Shown here: positions 53,354 through 64,000 of the stretch, in pieces | Position numbering within the stretch: position 1 is the first letter of the stretch | Layout of the letters: every line of letters starts with the position of its first letter | NCBI RefSeq assembly: GCF_009834535.1 | Contig: NC_045697.1 | Coordinates: forward strand, 7,752,001-7,816,000 | DNA length: 64,000 bases | Source: Camelus ferus | Lineage: Eukaryota | Direction: 5' to 3' | Made by a program: the position numbers and the translations under genes | Notes under the pieces: model-generated | The model's database searches: none | Told to the model about the DNA's origin: nothing | What the model saw: only the letters and a program-made list of their open reading frames with translations

Positions 53354-55079
53354 TTTGTCAAGAGCCTGGATTTTAGACATTTCTTCTTTGAGATGCCCAA
53401 TGAAAGCCACAGAGAGAATGGCTTCCAGTGAGGTTAGAGAGTTAAGAAAATAATTTGTGGGGCCTATGAAACATTTGTTGACTTATTCACGAATTCATTT
53501 GGCAATGGAAAGATCGCAATGCCATTTTCAGAAGAGTCAATGAACTGGAGTGGGCAGAAAAGCAGAAATGAGCAGCCTAGTTAGAAAGCTAGTGAAGTGG
53601 TCTCACCAAGATATGACTGTGGCTTGAACCAGAGGGCTGAAAATACAGAAAAAGGGTTCTGAAAGGCTCTGCGGGCTGTTTGTGAGGTATGATGGCCGGG
53701 ATCATAAACGAGTGTCTTAGTCATACTTCCTTCTTCACATACAGGTGTATGTTACTCATGGAGGGATCCATGGACAAAGATTCACCTTTACTACAGGATT
53801 CTAAATAGGCTTTAAGATGGCATGATCATCTGAATAGAGATCGTAGCTAGAGACTACTACTGATCTTCTTTGGACCAATAGAAAGACCAACAGAACTGAA
53901 GCCCACAAAACTGAATTATCCTCTGTTTTGACCACTTAATCTCTCTAAGCCTCACCGTCCGGATCTGTAGATTAGAGAAGTAGTGTTTGCCTTTCAGGGA
54001 AAGATTAACTGAACTATGTAAACAGCCTAGGACGGTGTCTGGAACAGAGTCAATGCTGTTACGTTAACTGGATTTGAATTTTAAGAGCTCTGAGTATGTG
54101 TCAGAATATATGATCAGTAGATTCAGAATTTGGCTTCCTATTTTTGTCTACTGTCATTATGACTCCTCCTCTGCTAACCTTCCAATCAGTAGCCCTATTA
54201 GAAACTCAGGACTTCCATAGGTTGATTGACCTGATGTCACTGGGGAGCTTGAGGCCATCAGGGGATGATGATGGAGCTGGAGTTTATGTTAACAGAAGAG
54301 AGACAGACCCTATTTTCCTAATCCTTTCCCCAGGCACACAGTGATTTTATTTCAAGATTAGGACTTGGACTGCTAACTTAGGGCATCCCTCTCACACATC
54401 CTGACCCATCAGACAATCATGAAAGGCTAGTCTATCACTATATTGGTGGCCTCAGGCCAAGAGCCTCCTGAAAATCCTTGCCTGGTTGCTTTGCTGATAT
54501 ATGGACACTTACAGAGATACACTGCAGTATCTCCAAGAAAAATAAATAAATATATCAACCTGCCCAGTGGGGGGCAAACAAGAGTATGCAATCCACCTAC
54601 CCTTTTCAACCCTATAATAAGCTATTTCAAAACTGGGGAAAAGGCAGTTATTTCTCTCCCTTATTACACTGAAAAATTTCACCCTGCATCACAACACCTG
54701 AAACAGACTTCTGATCTTACCTCGAAGATGAATGATGCTAAATTGGCCTTTGCCTCCCAGGCAAGTGAAAGGTTGAACAATTTTATCTCAAGGAATTGGA
54801 ACGAGTGTCCAAGCCATAATTTTAAGGAGAAGGTCGACAAAAGCTTCCAAAGTATTGTTTGCTAGATTACTTCCAGCTTGAGTTATTAATTTATTTGCTT
54901 ATTGACTACTGATCAGGCTTTTTGGTAGAGATGGAAGACATAAAATAGAATTCACTGTATGTCCTGAGGTGGTATTCTAGTTGGAGGGGAGGGTGGGATA
55001 TGCAGATAAATACATCTACTAATAATTTTTATACAGTGGGATAAATGTTAAAGTATTTCAAAGCACTCTGAATAGAAGA

Positions 55080-55120
55080 TGATAGATCGATAGATCAATA
55101 GATAGATAGATGGATAGATA
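55080..55120. repeat. Imperfect (GATA)n microsatellite
   Basis: Direct observation. Confidence 0.85.
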
Positions 55121-55266
55121 ACATACAGAGATATTCATAATTATGCTTTAAGGTTTGGGGAAGGCATCTGATTTTGTAGTCATTTGGCCAATTAGTATAA
55201 ATAGGCTAGTCCCCCCCTTCAAGAAAGAGGTATGTCTGAGAGATACGTATGGTTTCTTCCTCACAT

Positions 55267-55315
55267 GGGGAGCGTTTCTGCAGGTTCGGGGAGCGTTTCT
55301 GCAGGTTCAGGGAGC
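55267..55315. repeat. 21-bp perfect tandem duplication (ggggagcgtttctgcaggttc x2 plus partial)
   Basis: 55267-55287 equals 55288-55308, followed by agggagc. Confidence 0.95.
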
Positions 55316-56239
55316 AGGCTGCCCCGGTTAGAACCCTGGGTCTGCTGCTCTCCAGCAATGGTGTCTTGGGCAAACTCTCTGCTACTTAGCCTCAGTTTCC
55401 CAGCAATAATTAGTCAGGCTCAAACTTTATGTGAGGACAGGAATAATAAGTATTTCTCTTGTTCTCGCTCCTTCACAACCACTCTCAGATGGGATGCGTT
55501 TCCGGGAAGAGGTAGAGTCTTCTCTCACGCCTGCTGTGCAGCTTTTACTAGCCGCTCTGACCCACATTTGAACTTCTTAAAAACCCGTCACAGAAAAAAA
55601 AAGGTATCATTTGTCTTTCTTAAAATTCTCCCAGAGGACAGAACACAAGAAACATTTCACTTGTCAATACTGTTTACTACTCAGCAGAGGAAATGTAAAT
55701 CTGATGTTTCTCCCAGGCAGTTGCTGATGGCTTTTCTTGGACAATGACATATCCCTGGACTCTTTGACATTTCATTTTATACTCCTGGGGCTGCCAGCTC
55801 TTTTCTGTAATGGCATGTCAAAATAACAAGATCTTGCCTGCTTATTTAGAACAACCTGTTTAATAACTGACAGCCGAAACCTGCCACAGTCTTTGAGCCA
55901 CACAAGCTGGTTTATGCAGCAAGATTGGAACATTTTGTCCCTAGAACATAAGGTATACACTGAAAATATCCTCAAGGGTGGTGGCCCAGAATGACAACTT
56001 GAGAGGTGAGGGTTCTTTGTGAAATCATGACATTGGTATTCTTAGAGTCCCTGAGATGTAAATAATGAACACTAAATCTTTAAGAATCATTACCAGCCAC
56101 AGTGAGAGCAAGAAACATATGGTGGACAAAATAAACCTCGATCTAATTCATTCAACTAAAAAATATTGCTGAATAATAAAGGTACATAGTGTTCTGCCAC
56201 AGAGTTTTCCCTTGGAAGGGAGCTGGGGCTAGCAATTGT

Positions 56240-56445
56240 GGTAAAGGAATCACATAGATTGACCCCATTCTCTAGTATTCATTTAGCTGTGTGATCTTGG
56301 GATAGTTAGCTAACATTTCTGGGCCTTCTGTTTCTCTCATGTAAAATGGAGATGACACTCCTTTACTGTATTATTTTTAATGATAAGTGAGAAAAATGTA
56401 TATACAAGCTTAGCAAAATGCTGGCACATAGCAGGTGTATACACA
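56240..56445 (+). mobile_element. MIR SINE
   Basis: tagctgtgtgatcttgggatagttagctaacatttctgggccttctgtttctctcatgtaaaatggagatg. Confidence 0.8.
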
Positions 56446-56470
56446 TTGATTTTTTTTTTCTTTCTGGTAG

Positions 56471-56762
56471 TATCATCACTATCATCATCATAGCCATCAT
56501 CATCATCACCATCATCATCACCATCATTCATCACCATCATCACCATCATCACCATCAACATCATCACCATCATCACCATCATCATCACCATCATCATCAC
56601 CATCATCATCATTACCATCATTCATCACCATTATCACCATCATCACCATCATTCATCACCATTATCACCATCATCACCATCACCATCACCATCATCACCA
56701 TCATCATTGCCATCACCATCATCATCATCATCATCACCATCGTCATCATCAGTATCATCATG
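56471..56762. repeat. Long imperfect (CAT/CAC)n trinucleotide repeat
   Basis: About 290 bp of catcac/catcat units. Confidence 0.95.
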
Positions 56763-56779
56763 ATTCATTTCCTTCCTCT

Positions 56780-57200
56780 CCCAGACCATTATTCAGGTCT
56801 ACAAAGCCTTCTGTAATTTGGCTCCTGCCTGCCTCTCATACTTTAAATCCTGCCACTCCACCTCTATCATTATAGTCTAGCAATATCTGCCTTCTTTCTG
56901 TCCAAGCGCATTCTTGCTTAAAGGCTTTTGTACTTGCTATTCCCCATGTCTGACATTCTTTTCCTCCAGGTTTTTGTAGAGCAGGTTTGTTTTGTTACTC
57001 AGATCTTAGTTTACGGATTATCTTCTCCTCTGATTACTAAATCTCTCTTTATTATATCCCCTTATTCACCTATCTATTGATTTCTTCATTTTCTCAGAGT
57101 TTTTACCATAATTAATTTGCTTCCTGGTTGTTAACCCATCCCTGCAAGAATGCTATCTCCATGAGAACGTTGATCTTTGCTGATGCTTTACTGTTGTACA
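56780..57200 (+). mobile_element. L2 3' region
   Basis: ctacaaagccttctgtaatttggctcctgcctgcctctc...ggcttttgtacttgctattcccc. Confidence 0.7.
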
Positions 57201-57689
57201 TCTTTTAAAAGTGACTCGTAGTAGAAACTAAAAAAAAAAAACAAAAAAACACACAAAACCGAGTAGATGATATAATTTATCAATTACCCAATTAATTAAT
57301 GAGAGGTTTTCAGTTAAGTACTATGAACTTTGGAGTCAAACATAACTCAGTCCAAATCTGGCTACACTCTAATAGACTTTGGAATAATGTTTTAATCAGT
57401 AAAGCTTTGATTTGTCCATGTATAAAATCAAAGGTTTTACAAATCCTCTCCAAATTGAATGAAGATTTAGATGAATATGTGCAGATAATATCACTAAAGA
57501 AACATCCCGGAACATAGATAATGGGAATATTCATTACTGTGAAGACCAAATGCCAGCTAGCACCACATTCAATCCAATGTCAGCATTCTACCCCTGATGC
57601 AGGGTCTCTGTTTGCATCTTTGTATATTTTGTGTACATATTTTCAGGAAACTTTGGTTTTGGAGATTAGTTATTCAGCATCATAAGCTT

Positions 57690-60600
57690 CAAATATTTTT
57701 AAAATTCACATACACTTCACTGTTTTAAAGTTGTAATATTCATCCTTTTTCCTTTTTAAGTGTACAATTCACTGTTTTTATTATTTTGCAAAGTTGTTAA
57801 ACCATCACTACATATGATTACAGAATATTTTACAACCTCAAAAATACACCCCACACCAAGTAACAGTCAAGCTCAGTTCCTGTCTCCCACACCCTGTGTT
57901 GACCACTAATGTACGTTTTATATATATAGATTTATCTATTCTGGACATTTCATGTAAATGGAATTACAAAATGTGGTCTTAAGTCTTTGTTTTCTTTAAC
58001 TTCAGGTTTTCAAGGCTTATCTATATTGTACCATGAATCATTTCTTCATTCCTTTCTATTGCCAAATAATATTCCATTGGGTAGTTACACTGTGTGTTGC
58101 TTATGTATTCAAAAGTCAGTAAGCACTTGGAGCCCATCAACTAACTGGAGTTTCCGTATTTTATCTATCATGAGTAATGCTGCTCTGAACATTAATGTAT
58201 ATTTGTGTGTGGACATACATTTTCATTCCTCTTGGGTAGATACATATAGCAATTTTATGTGTAATTTTTTCAAGAACTATGAAACTGTTTTCTAAAGTCA
58301 CTGCACTATTTCATACTCTAATCCACAATGTATGAGGGTTCCGTTTCTGCACATATTCACTGAGTTGTTAATTGTCTGACTGTTTGATTATAGCCATCTT
58401 AGTGCACATGAAATGGTATCTCATTTTGGTTTTGATTTACATTTTTTAGTGACTAATGAAGACAAGTATATCTTCATGTACTTTTGGCCATTTGCATATC
58501 TTCTTTGGAGAAATGCCTACCCAAATCCTTTACCCATCAATTTAATTGAATATTTATTTATTATTGAACTATAAGAATGCTTTTTTAAAAATAATATGCT
58601 CTGGATATACTTTTTTTTTCAGGTATATGATTTTTAATTATTTTTTCCCATTCTGTGAGTTTCATTTTCTGATTAAAAGTTTTTCATTGTGATGAAGTTC
58701 AATATATACATTTTTTCAATTTGTCACTTTTATATTTAGTGTTATATGTAAAAAAAAATGCCTAATCCAAGGTCACAAGATTTATCCCTATATTCTCTTC
58801 CAAATATTATTTTTCTTTTTAGTTTTAGCTCTTACATTCTTACATTTAGATCTTTGATCCACTTGAATTGTTTTTTATATATAATGTGAGCTTGAGGGAG
58901 AATTACATTCTTTTGCATGTGAATGCCTAGCTGTCTCAGAAGTATTTACTGAAAAGACTATTCTTTCCACATTGCATTGTCTTGGAACCCTGGGCAAAAT
59001 CCCTTGACCATAGATATGTGGGTTTACTTATGGACTCTTATTTCTAGTCCATTGATCTCTATGTTTATCCTCATGGCAGTACCAAACAGTCTTGATTACT
59101 GCATCTTTGTATCAAGGTTTGAAATCAGGAAGTGTGTGTTCTCCAAATATATGTGTGTGTGTATGTATATACATATAGTATTCATGAATCACTATGCTGT
59201 ACACCAGAAACTAACACAGTGTTGTAAATCAACTATACATCAAACAAAAAAAAGTAAGTTATAAAAAGAATGTTTCTGAGTATTCTGGTCCCTTGCATTT
59301 TCACTTGAGCAAAACAAAAAAACAAAAACAAACCTAGGATTTTAATAGGCGTTTTGTTGAATTTGGAGATATACTTGGTAAGTATTATCATCTTAACAAT
59401 ACTGAGACTCCAAGAGCAGGAGCTGTCTCTCCATTTATTTAGGTCTTCAATTTCTCTCAAAAATTTGCATGGTTTTCACTGCCCAAATCTTATCTTACCA
59501 AATGTATTTCTAAATATTTTATTATTTTGATGCTATTTTAATAACATTGAAATTCATTCTCAGATTGCTCTTTGCTACCGTAGAGAAGTGCAGTTGATTT
59601 TTATGTATTGACCTTGAATCCTGAAAACTTACTGAACTTGTTGATAGGCTCTAGTGGATTTTTCAGTGTATTTTTAAGGATTTTCTTCTTATAAGTTCAT
59701 GCTATCTTCAAATAGAGATAGTTTTACTTCTTCTCATGCAGTTTGGATGTCTTTAATTCCTTTTTTCTTGTATAAGTGCCAAAGCTAGGTTTTCCAACGC
59801 AGTGTTGAGTAGAAGTGGTGAGAATAGACATCCTTGTTTTGCTCACGATCTTAAAGAGAAGACCTTGGCAGTTGTTCACCCTTGAGTATGACGTTTACGG
59901 TGGGGTTTTTTGTAAGCAAACTTCATTAGGTTTAAATAATCTGCTATTCCTAGTTTAAGTGTTTTCATCATAAAATGATGTTGGATGTTATCAAAGGTTT
60001 TCTTTGGTGTATGTGTGTGTCAGTAGGATCATCATGTGTTTTCCCCATTATTTCATTGTATTAATATGATACACTGCATTATTATTTTTGTGTGTTGACC
60101 CTACCTATATTTCTGGGATAAGTCCACTTGGTCCCAATTTGACCTGGTATAGTCATTTTTATATGTTTCTATACTTGATTAGCCCATATTTTGTTTAGGA
60201 TTTTTTGCACTTATATTCATTGGGTAATTTGGTCTGTAGTGAGTTTTTCTCATGATGTGTTTGGTTTTGGCATGAAGGGAAAACTGGCCTCAAAATATCT
60301 AGGGAAGTGTTTACTTCCATTTTACATTTGGAAGAGTTTGTGAAGTATTGATATTAATTTTTTTAATATTTGATGAATATTTTCATTTGCCAATAAAGTC
60401 ATGTGATCCTAGGTTCTTTGTGCAAGTGTTTTTGATTACAGATTCAATCTCTTTACTTGTTATAAGTTCATTAATATTTCTTATTTATTTTTGAGTCAGT
60501 TTTGGTAGTTCGTATCTTTCTAGGAATTTGTCATTTACAGAAAATGTATCAAATTTGATGACATTTAATTGCTTATAGCATTCTGTTACAATTATTTTTG

Positions 60601-61500
60601 TTGTTAAGATTAGATGTAGTATATCTTTTTCATCCCGATTTTGGTTATTTTAGCCTTCTATCTCTTTTTTTTTCTCTTGGTCTTTCTAGCTAAAGCTGTG
60701 TCAATTCTGTTTATATTTCAAAAAGCCAACTTTAAATTTTGTTGATTTTTCTCTATTGTTTTTCTATTTCTTGTCTCATACATTTCCACTCACATATTTA
60801 TTTTTGTTCTCTTTCTGCTTGATTTAACTTTACTTTGCCTTTCTTTTTTCAGTCCCTTAAGCAGGGTGTAAATTTAGTTATTAAATTTGTGATCTTTTTT
60901 TTAATGTAAACATTTCCTCTAGGAAATGATTTAGCTACATCCCATACATTTTAGAACATCGTGCTTTTATTTTCATTCATTTTGAAGTATTTTCTACTTT
61001 TATTGTGACTTCGTCTTCCACCTATTTATTTAGAAACTGTGACTTAATTTTCACATATTTGTGAATTTCCCACCTTCTCTTCTGTTGATTTCCAGAATCT
61101 TTCTATTACTATTGAAGAAGGTACTTTGCCTTACATAAATATTTTAAGTCTATTGATGATTTTTATAACTTTATTTATAATTTATCTTGAAAAATAGTCC
61201 GTGTGCACTTGAGAAGAATTTGTCTTCTACTTTTGTTAATTTTACCATTTGACAGATGTCTTCTGGGAATATTTCACTTATATTGTTGTTTAAATCTTCT
61301 ATTTCTTTATTGAGCTTATGCTTAATTGTTCTATTCATAATTTAAAGTTTGATGTTGGGATATTTAACTGTTACTGTTGACTTGTCTATTTCTCCCATTA
61401 AATTTATTAGCTTGATTCACTTAGTTCAGCTCTGTTGTTAGGTACACATATGTTAATTGTTATAGTTTTCTGTTTATTTGACCATTTCATCATTATAAAG
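57690..61500 (-). mobile_element. L1 (L1MB-like), about 3.8 kb, 3' UTR plus decayed ORF2
   Basis: aagtgtacaattca...ttctggacatttcatgtaaatggaat...gaaatggtatctcattttggttttgattt...agaagtggtgagaatagacatccttg. Confidence 0.9.
59147..59254 (+). mobile_element. Short young L1 3' tail nested in the older L1
   Basis: gaatcactatgctgtacaccagaaactaacacagtgttgtaaatcaactatac plus A-tail. Confidence 0.8.
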
Positions 61501-62479
61501 TGTAGTTGGCCCTTGAACAATGCAGAGGTTAGGGGCACTGACTACCAGCACAGTCAAAAATACATGTATAACTTTTGACTCCCCCCAAACTTAAGTACTA
61601 ATAGTCTTCTGTTGATTGGAATACATTAATAGTTAATATTTTGTATACGTGTTACATATTGTATTTTTACAAAAAAAAGTAAGCTGGAGAAAACAAATTG
61701 TTATTAACAAAATTGTAAGGAAGAGAAAATGCATTTATAGTCCTGTGATATATTGATCAATACCATAAGTTTATGTCATATGTTTATGAGATGAATTGTC
61801 TTTCTCTCAGTACCTACTCAATATTACCTTATATGATGCCAAACACTGTAGATGTTATATGTATTACTAACACTAGAAATCAGAAATACAAAGATAATAT
61901 AAAAATAAATTAATGTTTTTGTAGGCATTATGATTGATGCATTGATAATGAAGAAGAAATACGATTGCTTCATGATATCTTGGCTTTACACTTATGAATA
62001 AGTCATCATAAAATTTTTATGGCATGCAGTATTACAGTCACATTTATAATACAATATTGGAAACATTGTTACATTTTTAAAAATCCACTTACCTGTAATG
62101 TAGGCTGATACACAGTCTCTCCAGTTATGAGAGAGATGCATACTGTACAGTAATGTAATCCTTTGAAAGTAAAGTTACCAAACAGTAAGAAAACTAACAC
62201 ATTGGCTTCATATTAAATATTACTCACCTTATGCCTATATGAGAATAGGCTATCCGCTTCAGTACAAGCCTTGCGCATGATGTCCTACACAATGAATGCT
62301 TATGCAATGATTATTATGATGACACAAAAATAACTCATACTGTTTTGCAGCACAGTCATTAAATTTTTTCATGAAAACACACACACACACATACACAACA
62401 GATAAGTTTATTTACTGTATAGCATAATGACTATTTACTATTCATTAAATGGAAGTGGATCATTATAAAGGTCTTCATC

Positions 62480-64000
62480 CGCATTGTCTTCACGTTGAGT
62501 AGACAGGAAAAGAAGACAACGGTTTGGTCTTGCTTCCCTAGGAGCAGCAGAGGTGGAGCCATTTGCCTTAGTTTCAGTGCCTGTATCATTGAAGAGTTCG
62601 TGTCGTAAAAGATGTCATATGTCATCTTGAATGTCATCAGAACCATAATGCCAGATTGTCTAATGTCAGTCTGCTTCCTGGCACTTCTTCTACGTCTTCT
62701 TCCTCATCATCGGGCACTGGTCAGGAACACTCATCTCATAAAGTAGTCTTGGTGTTCCTCTCGTGTGGATCTGCTTCAAGATCCATGTCTTGAAAACTTT
62801 CACTCCCAACCTTCTTTGCTGTATTTACAATCTCTGTCATGATTTTCTTGATTGGCTCTGTCACAAATTCTGTGAAGTTATGCACAATATCTGGACACAG
62901 TTTTCTCCAGCAGGAATTTGTTTCCAGCTTAATGGCTTTCATGACTTTTTCTATAACAACAGAGATATCTTCAGTAATATATTCCTTCCAGACTTCCTTG
63001 ATAATTCTCTCCATCAGGGCTCTCTTCCATGGAGTTAATGATCCTTTCCACAGAATACTGTGTATAACAAAACTTCAAGGTTCTTATAACCCTTCGATCT
63101 GGAGGTTGATTGATACTGTATTTGGCAGCCAGTAGACCATATTAACACCTTCAGGGTTGAACATACGAGGTTCTGGGTGACCAGGGGCATTGTCCAATAT
63201 CAAAAGAACTTTAAAAGGGAGCCCCCTACTGGCAAGGTACTTTGTGACTTCAGGGGCAAACCATCAACGGAACTAAGGCAGAAAAAGTGTTTTCATTGCC
63301 CAGCCTCTACTGTTGGACAAATAAAAGACTGGCAAGTGGTGTTTATCTTTTCCCTTTAAGGCTGAGCGTTAGCAGGTTTATAGATAAGGGAAGTCCTGAT
63401 CAGAAACCCAACTTCATCTATGCAGGACAGCAGAGTTAGCCTGTCCTTGGCTGCCTTAAATCCTGGAGCTCACAAATGTCCTCTGTGGCATTTTTTTTTC
63501 CCCAGAATAGTGCGATTTCATCATCATTAAAAACTTGTTTAGGAAGATAGCCTTTCTCTTAAATGATTTTCTTATTTTTTCCTGTTTTTAAAAAATTTTT
63601 ATTGAAGTATAGTTGGTTTAAGATGCTGTGTTAATTCTGGTGTACAGCAGTGTTTTACTTTTCAATGATTTTCTTAATGGCATCTGGGAACTCAGCTGCT
63701 GCCTCTTGGGCGGCAAGAAGCTGCTTCTCCTGTTATTGTGACATTTCTTAAGCCAAACCTCCTTCTAAAATTATCAAACCATCCTTTTCTGGCATTCAGT
63801 TCCCTGACTTTAGATCCTATACTTTCCTTTTTCCTTAAGTTTTTTACAGAATGACTTTGCTTTTTCTCAAATCACATTAAAGTCTACCAGTTTGCCTTTC
63901 TTATAGCAATCCTGCCCCCACATAAAAGCTGCGTTTTCAGTAAGAGATGAAAAGGTATTTCACAAAAAGTGCAAGGTTTTCGCACCTGCTGCTGTAGCTG
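62480..64000 (-). pseudogene. Decayed Tigger2 transposase
   Basis: ORF 62736-63014 (-) EVWKEYITED...NSCWRKLCPDIVHNFTEF...KKVG; antisense coding for LDNAPGH (gggtgaccaggggcattgtccaa at about 63175-63198). Confidence 0.85.
63575..63660 (-). mobile_element. 86-bp L1 3' tail inserted in the Tigger2 transposase
   Basis: Perfect TSD aatgattttctta at 63562-63574 and 63664-63676; tttttattgaagtatagttgg...ctggtgtacagc. Confidence 0.9.

Larger units (their letters stand above)
61503..64000 (-). mobile_element. Tigger2-family (Tigger2f-like) DNA transposon, continues past the right edge
   Basis: TIR tagttggcccttgaacaa, then ggttaggggc...ataacttttgactcccc; decayed pogo transposase on the minus strand. 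Confidence 0.9.

Noticed and set aside
55500..55941. Isolated GAS (TTCCGGGAA, 55500) and GRE-like (GGAACAtttTGTCCC, 55927) motifs
   Set aside because: Motifs with this few fixed bases are expected by chance in 64 kb
56418..56816. Poly-His/poly-Ile ORF (and the antisense poly-Met/Asp ORF)
   Set aside because: Translation of a (CAT/CAC)n microsatellite flanked by MIR and L2; no gene context

Overview
This is eukaryotic, mammalian non-coding DNA (intergenic or deep intronic). I recognise no protein-coding exon, RNA gene or prokaryotic system. It is probably camelid, inferred from the young L1 3' tails and the absence of Alu, Bov-A/BovB, PRE-1 and B1 SINEs. Much of the window is transposon fossils: a full-length Tigger1, a Tigger2-family element running off the right end, Tigger13a, hAT MITEs (ORSL, MER58A), many MaLR/ERVL/ERV1 LTRs (including a two-LTR MLT1 provirus and a MER41-like solo LTR), L1s of several ages, L2, MIR and microsatellites. 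The only ORFs in the supplied track I can assign are decayed Tigger transposase pieces; the rest look like repeat or chance artefacts. The most notable observations are (i) a 93-bp inverted, self-templated duplication inside the Tigger1, (ii) a local AT-to-GC substitution bias across two unrelated repeats at about 26.4-27.4 kb, suggesting a GC-biased gene conversion hotspot, and (iii) unique segments with enhancer-like motifs or non-coding exon signals. I found no evidence of a new multi-gene system. Repeat family names come from my recollection of consensus sequences, not from a search; boundaries without stated TSDs are approximate.
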